Assembly (NCBI GenBank): GCA_010093995.1
Contig: ML992511.1
Location: 763,516-827,515 of the forward strand
Direction of reading: 5' to 3'
Length of the DNA: 64,000 bases
From: Elsinoe ampelina
Taxonomy: Eukaryota
Positions 1 to 12,628 of the stretch are shown here, piece after piece. The notes beneath the pieces were generated by a model. The model saw only the letters and a list, made by a program, of their open reading frames with translations. It searched no databases and was not told the DNA's origin. Positions within the stretch are counted from its first letter, which is position 1; every line of letters begins with the position of its first letter. Both the position numbers and the translations under genes were made by a program.

Positions 1-412
1 GTTCCATTACCAGATCCTTGTCGTTGATGGGGTCTTTCAGAGCGGCGGCTTCGCCGACCTTGAGAAGAGTGAGAACATCCTTTGGCTTCAAGTTTGGAAT
101 GCTCTTGGCGAGACCCGCGACGAGGCCTTTCAGGCCGGTAGGTCTTTCGGGAGATCCAGTATCCTCATCAATGGCAAGGGGTCTGCGAGTCTGACCATTG
201 CTGGGGTTTAAGGCTCGACCGATTCTTGTTGACAGCAGGTAGTTCCGCGCACCTCCGAGAGCATCATCCAGAGCCGACAGGCCATTGTCTTCTGCAATGT
301 GGACCTCATCGTCCAAGTTCAGGCCGGGAGCCATGCTGGCCAATCGCCTAAGAATGTCAATCGGGATCAGGAGGAGCGTCACCACTAATTGGATGAAGAG
401 TTGGGTGATCAT
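1..412 (-). CDS. 5' part of a probable heme peroxidase / linoleate diol synthase (Ppo-type fatty-acid dioxygenase); runs off the left edge
   Basis: My translation of the minus strand: MITQLFIQ...MAPGLNLDDEVH...RRPLAIDEDTGSPERPTGLKGLVAGLAKSIPNLKPKDVLTLLKVGEAAALKDPINDKDLVME. This resembles the Ppo N-terminal pattern RPLP..G.G....TG...D....L.......P.DD....ME. The start (ATG 412 or 334) is uncertain and the catalytic domain is outside the window. Confidence 0.55.
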   Translation of the reverse strand, partial: MITQLFIQLVVTLLLIPIDILRRLASMAPGLNLDDEVHIAEDNGLSALDDALGGARNYLLSTRIGRALNPSNGQTRRPLAIDEDTGSPERPTGLKGLVAGLAKSIPNLKPKDVLTLLKVGEAAALKDPINDKDLVME

Positions 413-1514
413 GTTTCGTGGAAACCCATTCCAGATCCATGCCCATTGAGTCTGATATCACGACTAGAATTGTATGAACATGGAGACATACCGAGGACAA
501 GACAGAGGATGGATGGGTGTCGACGTGGGCCAATCAGAACAGCGCTATTCTTGTCGCCCTAGTTCTCGGGACGCGCTAGACCGACGCCGGGAGGATGAAT
601 AGATGGTCAAAGAGTACAGGTGATGTTACAGGATAAAGGTCATGAAGGTCATGCAAGAAATGACTGAGGATAGGAAGGATTACAGCTGAAGGGAGTGTGC
701 AACCTTTATGTGTCTCCAGAAACTGTCGTGCGTGCCTTCTATGCAGCAGCAAAGGCAAGGATAAAAAAGGTGCGCTGCGCTGACACTGACGGGACCCAAC
801 GCCATTTTTCCACTTGCAGCTGAAGAGGCTTGCCAATGCTCGACCCAATCCCTACACTCGTGCACTAGTAAATGCGACTCGGTTTTCTCGATCAACGTCA
901 GCCTCGTCGATATTGGATCACGTCATGAGCGGGTCGTGGTTGGCTACCTATTACCCTGGAGCTGGGACGTGGTGGATTTTTCTGTACTTTGACCGTGCCG
1001 CAGCTGACAATTCTATGTTAAGGCAACCTTGGCTGTATCAATGTACATTACTCGAATCTCGAGATTGAAAGATTGTAATTGCTCTGCCCATCTGCTCCCT
1101 CGTCAAGCGGACCCCTTGCATGCTGCTCAGCTCGCCTCTTGTCCAGGGGCATGTACAAATATGCATTGTCGTCGCTTCGATTGGAGCTTTTGAAGAAGCA
1201 GAGCTATGACCCCTACCCAAACATGGAAACGCCCTGACGGGGATCGCCGCCGCTAATGCATGCTTAAAGCTCCCCAAAAGCCAATGACAGGTCGGGGCGG
1301 CCGATATGGTGACCGGATGGTGGGAGTGCATGTCATGTCACAGGAAACACTTTCCTCACGAAGAAATAGGTAGGTCAGGGCGGCGCGGTGTCAGCATATA
1401 GTCTATCGGTACGTTGTTCGGTATATCTGCGGTAGTGGTGTGATAAGTAATACGATCATGCAGTGTGCAATCTAGCTACGTAGCTAATTTCACTATCCTC
1501 CTCTTCCAATCGAG

Positions 1515-3252
1515 CTATATCGATGCTGATCTACGCAGTATCCCCTGCGTCCTGTTCAACCTGCTGACGGTAATATCTGCCTCACCACCATTATTGTTGA
1601 TCAATCGGTCATGCAGCTGGCGAAGCAGGTACATCTCGTGTTCGCCAAGGGCATCTTCTGGTAGCTTCCTGTTCTTCCCCATCAGAGCATCATGTCCTGT
1701 ATATTCCCAGTAGGGTCCCGTCTCATCGTTACCAAGATCCACTGCTGAGAGATCCTCAACGTCGTTGTTGTAGTTGCCATCATAAAATCTCCAGCCAGTC
1801 AGTGGGCCACCCTGGCGAGGGTCGTAAGGAGGTGCATCTCCATCACGCCGCAAGAGTTTGTGGAGGAGGGATTGCAGCCGGAATCTGACAGCAATAGACA
1901 GTAGCCCAGCGTCCGGATCTGACTCAAACCCTCGACCGAGACCAATCCTCACTCGTACCGAGGCATGTACCCGTTCGTTGGTATTCCTGAGTAGCCTGGA
2001 ATGATCCACATAGTCGCTGGCTGGCTTGAGTGGTCGCGTCCTTCCTGGTTTCCGCACTATACGTCCAGTGAACAGGTGTGGTAAAGTCATTGAATCGTGA
2101 ATAGCGCCTTCTGCCCATGCCCTCTCTCCACCTCGATCCCGTTGATACTCCTGATTATGTCGTATCTGCTCGCCCAGGTAGTCCGAGTCAAACTCGAGCC
2201 AGTCGAGAGCATTCCACTTGTCCCCTTTCTTGTGCTCATCACCACTCAATTGGTCCATCATCCATGCCATGGTGATGTTGGAGATGTCTCGATCAGAGTA
2301 CGCTCCTCCGATCGATGAGTGAGCACCTGGAAACCAAGTCTGCTTCAGCTGAGTATTGCATCCATCAGGCCGCTCCCAAATACTGGGATGGAAGGGAGCT
2401 CGGAATTCATCCAGTGCCAGAGCTTGAAAGGCGTACAGAATGTTGTTGCTAAGGCTGGTGTCTACCCACATGTATTTGTGGAGAAATGCTGGTAGGCGGA
2501 AGAGCTTTTGGAAGATTGGGTTCACTGGGATTCCCAATGCCCCTACTGTATCAAAGACTCCGATGGCGGAGATGCGAATATCCCGTGTCCAGCCGATCGA
2601 CAATAACGCCTTTTGATACTCGTCAATATACTCGTGCACAACACCGGGATTGTCAGATGGCGTTTTAAGACTGTGGCCATCTCTGCCGTGCTTCTTCTCG
2701 TATTCAGACCATTTCGACCAGAAGAGCGGTTTGTACTTGCTCTTCCCCGCGTGTTGCCAATCCGAGAAGATATCGTAAAACCAGTCGATATGCTCCTTCT
2801 TGAGCAGACCGAATTGACTGAGCAAGCCGCCGAGGTTCCTTGCCGTGTATGCACCCCTGGAGAAGCCGACCAAGAAGATCTTGTCACCAGCGTTCGCCAC
2901 CGCATTGTAGTTGACAGCAAGGAAAGAGTATGCTTCCCGGACGTTCTCCGAGAATCCTCGACCTGTACCCCCGCCGATGAATTGACTGGTCGGACCAAAG
3001 CCCGTGCCAATGCCAGCCTGGTAGAAAACGATTTGCTGATTTCCCTGAGAATCAACAGGAAGGATGGCTCTCTTCGCAAGCCTGGTCACATTGCTTGGTG
3101 CTCCGCGTTGTTGCTGATTACTGTTCATCCATGTTCCTACTAGACATTAGCCAGAATCCAGCCCGACGAACGAATCACATACCATCGCAGCAGACAACGA
3201 GTTTCTTTGGTCGAAACGTATGAACGTTTGGTACACTCCCGCGACTAGACAT
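1515..3252 (-). CDS. DUF2235 (Tle1-like alpha/beta hydrolase, putative phospholipase)
   Basis: Exon 1 from ATG 3252 (MSSRG...KKLVVCCDG) splices over a GT-AG intron to (G)TWMN, giving the CCDGTW motif. Also SNVTRL, FYQAGIGT, nucleophile elbow GFSRG, VFDTVG, QALALDE and WFPGAHS. Confidence 0.9.
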
Positions 3253-3652
3253 GATTACGGTAGTACAGAACCCGCACACCAGTGGCGTGGCGGAATAGCG
3301 GGCTTAAAAACAGGCACCGCTGTGTGGCTGCCATGACTGCTGAGGTGAGTCTTCATGCGCCTACCTGAGATACCTACTGTACATGTTTGCCTGATGTCTC
3401 AGCCGCTCACGTGTACATCCAGCTCACACTGCCACACCTAGGACACGGCTGCTGGAATGTTGGTGAGCAATTTAAGCTGACAGTCACAAGTCGATGAGCT
3501 CCTTCGCGCCTAGCTGCTCCGGTTGACCAATCAGCGACTGCCATCGTCATGCTCTGACGACTTTCGAGCTGCTCGCTTCTTTGCGGAGAAAAGTCGACAT
3601 TCAACACCATCTTCAGCTCGTGTTTCAAGCGCCTGATCCTACGCCTTCAGCC

Positions 3653-4617
3653 ATGGCCTCCAAGCCAATTTCCCTCGTCGTTGAGCCAAGAGGCAAGCCA
3701 ATCAAGAATCTGTCAAAGGAGAGCTCGAGTTACCTCCAAGCCAGTACTTCTGACTTATACCATCGACTTGCAGCGGAAGCCGGAATCTCTCCTCACCGGT
3801 TGAGGATCACAAAAGGCAGTGATGGCAGCCTGGTACCCAATGCTCAGGATTTCACAATTGAGCGAACTGGCCTGCGGAACAAGAGTGTCATCTACGTCAA
3901 GGATCTTGGTAAGGATATGCGAGCAATCCCAAAGGCACTCTCTGACCACGTGCAGGCCCTCAAATCGCATGGCAGACAGTCTTCGTGATCGAGTACCTCG
4001 GACCACTGCTCATCCACCCTCTGTTCTACTTCCTCCGACCATACGTCTACAAGAATGCAGGCGCACCATCTCAGGCTCAGCTTCTGTCATGCGTCCTCAT
4101 CACCCTCCATTTCTTCAAGCGCGAGCTCGAAACTCTTTTCGTACACCGATTTTCAAACGCGACAATGCCGGCGAGGAACATTTTCAAGAACTCGGCCCAC
4201 TATTGGCTCTTGGCAGGTGTGAATATTGCATTCTGGGTCTACAAGCCGGGTTCGCCTACTGAGAAGCTCGACAACCCTCTCATCATCTACTCGGCGCTTG
4301 CCCTCTTCGTCGTCGGTGAATTAGGCAATCTCTCAACCCATTTGACCCTCCGTGGACTGAGGAGTGCTGGCGGGAAAGAGCGCGGGATTCCACAAGGCCT
4401 TGGCTTCAACCTCGTGACATGTCCAAACTACACCTTCGAGACGCTTGCGTGGGCAGGCATCTGGTTGATGAGCTTCAGTCTCAGCACTGGTCTATTCGTC
4501 ATCATCGCGGTTGGCCAAATGTATCTCTGGGCGCTCAAGAAGGAGAAGAGATACCGCAAGGAATTTGGCGACAAGTACAAGAGGAAGCGATGTGCCATGA
4601 TCCCCTTTGTCGCGTAA
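3653..4617 (+). CDS. TSC13: Very-long-chain enoyl-CoA reductase
   Basis: Ubiquitin-like N-terminus; splicing of the intron at about 3909-3955 gives KDLGPQIAW; IEYLGPL, HFFKRELETLFVHRFS, TCPNY motifs. Confidence 0.95.
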
Positions 4618-4693
4618 AGTTGTGCTTCGCAGGAGTACCATCTTGCGCAACGGCAGCAGTCGTGTGGGAGCCATAGAATCGAGACGTGCAGCA

Positions 4694-5103
4694 TCAGGGA
4701 TCGGCGAGCTTCCTCTTCGCAATTGAAGACGGATCCAATGGCCGAGCACTTTTGTCCGAGCGCGAGACCACCCTCGCTGTTCCCTTTCGAGCGGACTGCA
4801 GACCCTCAAAACCACTATGACCACTGGAATTTTGGGTTACCTTGCTCGGATCCATACCAGCAGCTATAGCTCGGAAGTACCGCCTTGTTTGAGGCACATC
4901 CTACGTGTGTATTAGCGAGTAGAGATACTACAGTAGATATCGCAATCAACCTCATTTCTGGCCATTGAGTGCCATATCAACTGTTCCTGACTCTCCAAGA
5001 TGCGTGCGGCTTGACATCTCCGTTGATGCTCCTCGAATGATTCTTGATCATTTGTGATTTTGGGAGCGTCCTTGGACGTGCTAGGCTGCTTGAGAGACTG
5101 CAT
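4694..5103 (-). CDS. Small hypothetical protein (2 exons)
   Basis: ATG 5103 ...EEHQRRCQAARILESQEQLIWHSMARNE, then a GT...CTAAT...TAG intron, then DVPQTRRYFRAIAAG... to the stop at 4694. The splice is in frame. Confidence 0.65.
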
Positions 5104-5558
5104 GATCAAGTAGATGTAAGTCGTCAGCAACACGATCTGATTACTGGGGACTCGAAGTCACAAAGATCTCCAACAGAGGCCGATGACGTGTGCATCTATA
5201 TCGGGTGTTGACCGGGCACATGTCGCCGCCGCCATCGCCGCATCTTCTAACACCTGCAGACCCTTGACTCGTGCAGGCACGGAGATGTCGGGCCGATGTT
5301 CCTGTCTCTCAATTCATCCTTGCTAATCTGCAAGAGATGGGACTAACATTCATAAAACACCTTCTTCTTACTACTCGCTCCAGATTGACACGCAAGCCTA
5401 CCTACTAGCTGCCGACCGGTCATCTAGTCGCCGCATCATTGACCAAGCCCAGCATACGACGGCTCTATCTGCCCGACAGGGGCTTGACACCACATCAGAC
5501 CTGCATGTCGCAACGATAAACTACCATATCGGCTCTTGAGCCATCACACTCTTTCAAC

Positions 5559-7457
5559 ATGCCCTCCCGTGGCTACAACCCATGTTCATACCTCCCTCGA
5601 CGACTTCAAATCGTAGCAAGCCTCACAGTCTTTGTACTCTTAACCATTCTATTCTTTGGATCATCTTCAGATCAAGCGGCGCATTACAGAGACGAACTCT
5701 CTCAAGGTGCGAAGAAAGCGGCCAATTTGTATAATGAGAACGTACACCGACAATGGTCAGAATCTGCCTTGAACCCTTTTCGCGCACCGGCGCATAAACC
5801 ACCACCAGACCAGGCCAACAGCACGAGTGGAGACATAGCATGGTTCAGCGATTGGAAATGGAGGAACCCCTTTTCGATATCGATAGCGTACGACGACAGA
5901 GCAGTATTGCCGCCAGAGGAACCCAGAACTCCCATCTATACCTACTACGACCATGATGTAAAGAAGAGCAAGGAAGAGAAGGAGGCAGAGCATGACCTTC
6001 TACTCGCATGGAGAAGAGCTTGGTGGGCAAAGGGATTCAAGCCAGTGGTGCTGGGTCGCCCAGAAGCCCTGAATAATCCGCTGTACAGAGCTATGCAGGC
6101 GCGGAAGATAGAGCCTACACTGGAGACCGACCTGCTGCGCTGGCTTGCGTGGGGAAATATGGGCACCGGCATTCTCTCGAACTGGCTTGCATACCCCATG
6201 TGCGATTACGATGCCAGCATGATGCAATTTCTGAGGGCTGGCGAGTTCCCGGCCTTGACGAGATTTAAGAACCTCGACACGGCATTCTTCGTCGGCAGCA
6301 AGAAGGAGATCAATGCTGCTGTCAAGACCGCGCTGGACATGGCGCAACTGCCGAAAGGAGATTCTCTTGTCGAAATACTGCCAAAACCCTTATTCAGAGT
6401 CGACCCTGACAGCAGCGCCATTGCCTTTTACGGGAAAGATGCCCTTCAGAGCAAATACAAGCAGGTCTATGAGAAGCTGGCAAGCAAGGATGTCGGTCTC
6501 AAGGTCGTGGGTGAGGTTGAGCTTCGCAAGATGATCGAGTCGCATCTGCACTCGACATGGCAGAGCATCTTCTCGGAAGGCATTGCTGTACTGCGACCCA
6601 TACCAGAAGCAATGACTGCTGCGACCAAGCCGGCTTTTGCGCTGGCTGAGAATCTTACAACCTGTCTGGAAACACCCCTTGCATCTTCTTGCCCACCCAA
6701 CATCCCAAAATGCGAGACATGCATGACATCAAAGCCCATGATGATCGAAACGCCAAAAGTCTACCGAAACCTGTCTGACGTCTTTACCATCGGCACCGTC
6801 CCCCACCCCTGGACAACACAAGCCCTCATCAAGCACCAACCTATCCCCTCCATGAAAGCGCTCCGCCGCAACACCGACCGCGACTCGTTCATCCTCGCTC
6901 TGACAGCCGAAGTGCTCGGCACAGGACGCTCCTCCTACGAACGCATCGTGTACATGAAGGACTCCATCGCCTCGGAGCGAGGCAAGGCTCACTCCCTCTG
7001 GCTCACCGCCGAGCGCGCTCTCGACGAGCACTGGCGCGACGAAGTCTCCTGGCTCCTCGGCTTCCCCATCGCCACCGCCCCTCCCAACTCCGGCAAGTCC
7101 GAAACCCCAGTCCCCGGCCCGGAGCGCCGCATCAAGCCCGCAGACTCGAAGAAGAAGAAATTCGTCCCGGCCAAGATGCCGGATGAGAAGGGCATCAAGC
7201 GCGAAGGGGTGCTTGTCGATCAGAGTCGGGCGTGGTTGAAGAAGAAGCCGAGTAAGCTCGAGAAGCGTATGCGAGAGGCAGTGGAGGCGTGGAACCTCGC
7301 GGATCATGAGTTGTGGAATTTTGTGAGGGCGTTTGCGGCGCAGAGACGGATGGAGAGGGATAAGTTTGAGGAGGAGGAGAGGAAGTTTGCGGGCTCGGGA
7401 GGGAGCTCCAGAGGGAGCTGGGGGGGAAGGTGGTTTGGGAAGAAGGATGATTTGTAG
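5559..7457 (+). CDS. Uncharacterised type II membrane protein, 632 aa (possible glycosyltransferase-like fold)
   Basis: Long single-exon ORF; one N-terminal TM helix (IVASLTVFVLLTILFFG); Cys cluster SCPPN..KC..C. Confidence 0.8.
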   Translation: MPSRGYNPCSYLPRRLQIVASLTVFVLLTILFFGSSSDQAAHYRDELSQGAKKAANLYNENVHRQWSESALNPFRAPAHKPPPDQANSTSGDIAWFSDWKWRNPFSISIAYDDRAVLPPEEPRTPIYTYYDHDVKKSKEEKEAEHDLLLAWRRAWWAKGFKPVVLGRPEALNNPLYRAMQARKIEPTLETDLLRWLAWGNMGTGILSNWLAYPMCDYDASMMQFLRAGEFPALTRFKNLDTAFFVGSKKEINAAVKTALDMAQLPKGDSLVEILPKPLFRVDPDSSAIAFYGKDALQSKYKQVYEKLASKDVGLKVVGEVELRKMIESHLHSTWQSIFSEGIAVLRPIPEAMTAATKPAFALAENLTTCLETPLASSCPPNIPKCETCMTSKPMMIETPKVYRNLSDVFTIGTVPHPWTTQALIKHQPIPSMKALRRNTDRDSFILALTAEVLGTGRSSYERIVYMKDSIASERGKAHSLWLTAERALDEHWRDEVSWLLGFPIATAPPNSGKSETPVPGPERRIKPADSKKKKFVPAKMPDEKGIKREGVLVDQSRAWLKKKPSKLEKRMREAVEAWNLADHELWNFVRAFAAQRRMERDKFEEEERKFAGSGGSSRGSWGGRWFGKKDDL

Positions 7458-7943
7458 GCTTTGGATATTCTGGGATGGGAAGGGGGAGGTGGTAATGTAT
7501 CATATGTTTGTAGCGTCTCTGGTAGACTTGGGAGGTATATACCATTATTTGATATGAACAAGGAAGTACAGCGAGTCCGAGATTTGGTGCTTGTCGAGTA
7601 TCCATTCACCCATTTTTATAGTGCTCTCCAGCTGTCTTTAGCTGTGCCGCTGTCGAATTCATCACGTGCTTCCTCACAAATTCCTCAGACTACATCGACC
7701 ACTCACAACCCGCAAGAACAAAATCCCACTGCCAAAAGATCCAAAGTCTCTTGATCCCGCACAGGTACCATTCAATTTCCTACTGGACCACTTACAGGCT
7801 CCGGAAATCCTGGTATCAAAACCCGGGGATTACCACCACCTAGCTCAATCCGCAATAACATCCACTGGTATTCCGCAGCCGCCACCACACCGCCACTCCA
7901 ACGTCAAGCATATCCTTCCACCCCGTCACCACTCCCATCAAGC

Positions 7944-8600
7944 ATGCCCTCCATCCCCCTCCACCCCCCCTCGCCGCACCGCAACCCCTCCCGCCCTTCC
8001 CCTCTCCCCTCCCTCCTCCAAACCCCCACCGGCCTCGCCATCCTCGAACTCCAAGGCACAATCCACTTCCCCTCCCCTCCAACCCCCTCATCTCCCCCCT
8101 CCAATCCCTCAGCAAAACGCCAGAAAACATCCCCCACTGCCACATCCAGTCTCTCCCCCGGCTCCCCTATCGAAAAAAAATCCACCACCCCTCTCGCATC
8201 CTCCCCTCCCTCAGCCGTGGTCGCATCCGAGGCTACCATCCCAGAGAGAACTGGCACGAGAGTAGGCCACCTCGAGTTCCCGCTGTATGACTTGTCCAAA
8301 GGACCGGAGGGGCAGGGGGGGGAGGCGTGGATGAAGAGGGTTTATTTCTATGTGGGGAGCCATCAGAGGATGACGGGGGAGGTGAGGAGGTTGGGGAGGC
8401 CGGTTGCTGTTATCAGACGGAGGGAACAGGCGGTGGTCGGCGAGGGAGGTGGAGAAGGGGGAGCGGAGGGGACGGCAGGGGGAGCAGGAGAGGGAGGTGT
8501 GCGGGGAGCGAAGGAGGAACTTGAGATTGTGGAGATTGTCGAGTACAAGATTGTTTTTGCCGCGAGGCCCGAGCCGGTTGGGGGGATGGAGGAGGGGTGA
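7944..8600 (+). CDS. CTF8: Chromosome transmission fidelity protein 8 (Ctf18-RFC subunit)
   Basis: LAILELQGTI, YFYVGSHQRMTGEV..L.RPVAVIRR and LEIVEIVEYKIVFAARPEP are typical of Ctf8. Confidence 0.88.
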   Translation: MPSIPLHPPSPHRNPSRPSPLPSLLQTPTGLAILELQGTIHFPSPPTPSSPPSNPSAKRQKTSPTATSSLSPGSPIEKKSTTPLASSPPSAVVASEATIPERTGTRVGHLEFPLYDLSKGPEGQGGEAWMKRVYFYVGSHQRMTGEVRRLGRPVAVIRRREQAVVGEGGGEGGAEGTAGGAGEGGVRGAKEELEIVEIVEYKIVFAARPEPVGGMEEG

Positions 8601-8728
8601 GCTGTCTGGGACCGAGGAAGCGGAGATGGAATGAGGGAGGAGGGCCACGAGGGGGTTGGCTGGGATGAGGAAGGGGGAGTGGGAGTAATGGGATGGGAAG
8701 ACGGTGATGGAATGGTCGTTAAGCACTA

Positions 8729-10222
8729 TCAAAGTCTCCTACACCAATCCCTCCCTCGGCCAACTTGCCACTTGCATAACGACGTCTCGACTACCATCCC
8801 CAGTAGACTGGCCAGGGAGATACCCGCTGCATCACTGACGGTCGTAGCCGCGAGACTGAACTCGCGTTCTGCTGGCGGGACTTCTTCTCCAATTCGCCGG
8901 AAGGTGCTGATATATACGATGCCGCCGAGGAGACCTTCCCAGAAGATGATCAGGAAGACGATCCAGACGTTGGGGATGATGGTGAAGTAGAGTGCTTGCA
9001 GGATGAGGAGGATGAGGTTGCCCCATTGAAGGAGGGAGGGGATGTAGAGGGATTGGATCCGGATGAATGGTAAGGAGGAGCGGGAGATGAAGACACCGAG
9101 TTGGTATAAAGCGCCGTAGGTCGGGTAGAAGTCGCGGTAGTGCTTGAAGGGTGTCTGATCGAGTGGGTAAAGCAATGTTGGTGTCACCCCTTGGTTGATG
9201 GTGTACTCGGCCATGTAGACCAGGAAGAGTGGAAGCATGCTGGGTCAGGTTAGCACGGTCATCTTGAGACATCAGTGATTGACTTACTAAGGAAACACCA
9301 AGCTCCTAGCCCGTCTCAAATTCGATGCTAGTCCTTCTTTCTGCTCAGCCTTGACCTCCACGCCGTCCTCTGCTCTCGCCAACAGTCCTGCATCCTCCCT
9401 CCTTTCCGCATCCTCATCATCGACCTCCGTCTCACCACTCCCACTGCTCTCATCGCTCCCTCTGACAGGCGCATACCCCTCCTCCCTCCCCTTGCTCCTC
9501 TTCGGCAACATCCCAAAATACGCCCCCAGCATGCCCAACGGCAAGAACGCAAACCCAATCAGACTGCTCCTCACACTAAACCCCCAAGTCGTCGTAGCAG
9601 TGACGTACGCCCCAGCTCCCACCAACCCCGCCGCCCCCGTCCCACTCGCCCACCCCGCCAACGACGCCTGCCCATAAAAGCTCGTCAACGCCAAAAAGCT
9701 CAACTCCCCCACGCCACTCGACACCGACGCCAACGCAATCCCAAACAACTTCGTCGCCACCTCCGCCCCGCCCGGCGCAACAGGCAAGGGCTTCTCCCTC
9801 CCCAACCACCCCTCCACCCTCTCCTTGCCCGCAGCCCATACCCCCGCCTTCCCCACCTCGCCCCCCGGCCCCGGAAGCGACACACTCAACGGACTCAACG
9901 CAATCAGCCCCATGCCCGCCATCGCGAGCGCGACGCACAGCACCACCCTGGCGCCATACCCCACGCGATGGATAAAATACGGCGCGACGAGCTTGACGAA
10001 GAAGCTGGGTGCGACGTCGAAGAGGAGCACGAGGGCTTTCGGGACGGAAGGACCGACGAGGTCGAGGGCCGCGGAGAGGATGACGACGTAGAGGATGTTG
10101 TTGATTAGGCCGAGGAGGAGGAAGGAGAGGGGGATGAGGAGGCGGGGGGAGGTGAGGTGGGAACGGAGGGAGGAGAGGAAGGTCGGGAGGGTGGTGGAGG
10201 GGGAGAGGGGGTTGGGGAGCAT
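8729..10222 (-). CDS. BTN1: Battenin / CLN3 family vacuolar membrane protein
   Basis: [39 protein letters not shown]; intron 9287-9240; [37 protein letters not shown]. Confidence 0.95.
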
Positions 10223-10590
10223 GGTGCTGCTTGATGGAAGAGATGGTGGAGTTGGTGGTGCTAGCTGGTGGGCAGGGGCATGTTGGATGATAGGTAGAGG
10301 TTTGATTGAAAATTAGATGTTATAGAAAGACGGGATGTATTTTGGGGAGCACAACGGTGGTCACGCGAGGTGGTCGCGGCTGGCCGGATGCCAAGACGAA
10401 GCCCTACACTTCCCGGCCTGCAAAGTGTGACATGGTATGGAGGGCATCGACATGCACGAGAAACGTGATTTGTGGTCGCTGAATTTTTCATTTTGTCCCG
10501 TAACCTGTCTGACAAGGTCCCCTCTCATCTTTGGAGATGGTGAACAGCCAGAAAGCAACGCCGCCCATGACAAGCCTTCCCACTCTACAT

Positions 10591-11296
10591 CTACTTCCTG
10601 GTGGCACGCTGGTAGAAAGCCAGCTCCTCACCCTCCAAGATGTATCCGTCGCATCGTCCGCTCTGACCTGGACGCGAGGTGATCACCGCCAACAAACGTC
10701 CAGCCTCGACCTGCTTCTCGATGGCGGACTCGGCCTTGCCGCTGGTGGTGAACCTCTCGCCCTGCTTCTTCTCAACCGATTTGCTCTTCTTGGTCTCCTC
10801 CTCGGTGGTCTTGGCCTGCCTTCTGCGTCCAAGGTTCTGTCCATAGTGTGCCTCGTACCATTGCCTGAAAGGAGCCGCGTCGATCTGGACTACAGCGGAG
10901 CGGGTCAGGGTGTTTGTGCGGACAAGTTCGTTGTTGGAAGGGTGGTAGGCGACAGCAATGATACGGGTCTTCCTTGTGATCGACTCGCTGCCCCAGGAGA
11001 AGTTGCCGCTGTCCAGGCGAAGACCGCGGAACTTGCGGTTACCACCACGGGTGCGGACAAGATGGATGCGCTTGGGACCAATGCGAGTTGAACTCGCTTG
11101 TCTTCCGCGCTCGAAAGCTCTGCACTCCTATTAGGAAGTGAAGCAATCGGGTTATGGGTACAATTACCTCTTCTTGCGATAGGTCGCACGCTTTGCGCCG
11201 GTAGCGCTGCGCTTGTGGCGAGAATCACGAGAGATACTGCGCAATGTCAGCTGCTGAGTAATTTGAGTATAACATAGATGTCGATAGATACCCCAT
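10591..11296 (-). CDS. RPS8: 40S ribosomal protein S8 (eS8)
   Basis: Spliced translation MGISRDSRHKRSATGAKRATYRKKR|AFERGRQASSTRIGPKRIHLVRTRGGN...SRPGQSGRCDGYILEGEELAFYQRATRK*; two introns. Confidence 0.97.
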
Positions 11297-12628
11297 GATT
11301 GTGGTTGGCGAATGTCACTGGCGTCAATGACCTTCTCTTGTCGTGTATGTTCAGCTTGAACTTTGCGATCTCAAATTCATGGAGGCATGTCGGAAAAGAT
11401 TTTCTCCGTGGGCCCCTTCGGCCCAAGCTTTGTCGGCAGATCTCCGGCAGCCGCCATGTCAATCTTCGACCTCTGAAGGATCATTTCTCAACAACATCGT
11501 ATCTTTGCTCCTTTTGCGAACCATATCAATGATCCCCCGAGCTCATTGCAGTCCTCAAATCTTTTACTTGAAGTCCGCTGCCTTGTGCTTGTCTTGTATT
11601 GCGTAGCCAGGACCGCCCACCAATCTCCTCATGTAGAAACATCGCTCTCATGGAAGTCCATTTGTCCTCATCCATACTGTATTTCGTTCTCGCTGAGGTA
11701 AAGGCGAGGAATGCACTCTGGAGATGCCCTCCAGCTCACGTAATACTGCACAGATCTGGAGGCACAGCAGCTATAGAGACCTGTTGGCGATACTCCCGGC
11801 GGAATCGCACTGAACGAGCACAAGCAATTCGTCTGGCCCAGGTCAATCGTCAGCATACTGCACAGACTTGCAGAGAGTTCTACATGGAGCTTGATTACCG
11901 GACCACTCTAAAGCGGGCGAGGATCCAGAGCAATCTGGCCAGACGGCTAGCAACGACAAGGGGAGATAGCAGGTGATCTTGGCGAGACCTCCCATGAATG
12001 GCGCTCCGTAAGAATGGATCTCGGCTGCTGATGGTGATTACATAAACGGCGTATCGCCTCCTAGTCGTCTCATGGGTGTAAGGCTGCTGTAAGTCTATTC
12101 CGATTGGGTGGCCTGCTTGAATCCTATGAATGGCGTGCACGACCAGACCTGTCTCATTTGTCCTCTCCGCAAACATACAGGGATGACTGTAAATTACAGA
12201 GGGGAAGACAAACGCTTCTTACCGAATCGTGATTGACATGTTCATTGAATGTTTGCACCAAACCTGCATTATGGTGAGCCAAGGTAATCCTCACTTATAC
12301 GTGACCACGGAAGGAACAACAGAGTGTATGGTCGCAATGGATACTCTGCTAGAGATGTGAAAATCATGTCCACACAAGCTGTGCATGTGCAAGACGCAAG
12401 CTCGCTACTTGCCGTTTGTTGGCCTGATCCGGCAACAGCCTGACATCACCCTCTCGAAGCTACCTCGTGAATCTCCGACGACTGATTTTTCCTTGATCTG
12501 CTTCCGTTTCTTGTCTCACAAACACAATCCAGCTTGCAATCCGCAGATGACCTCGTTCTAAGCTAAGATACTTCAAAATTGTATCTTCCGACAACCTCAT
12601 AACGCTTCCACATAATTTCATCGCCGCG

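Noticed and set aside
7666..8732. Overlapping Pro-rich and Gly-rich ORFs around CTF8
   Set aside because: By-products of extreme C/G skew, which depletes stop codons.
10531..11091. 186-aa + strand ORF
   Set aside because: Antisense shadow of RPS8. The same applies to many ORFs opposite SEC61, eIF5B, ETF-alpha and the permease.
11599..12176. Short ORFs upstream of the HicA-like gene, considered as a possible antitoxin
   Set aside because: No HicB-like or other recognisable motif and no convincing gene structure.
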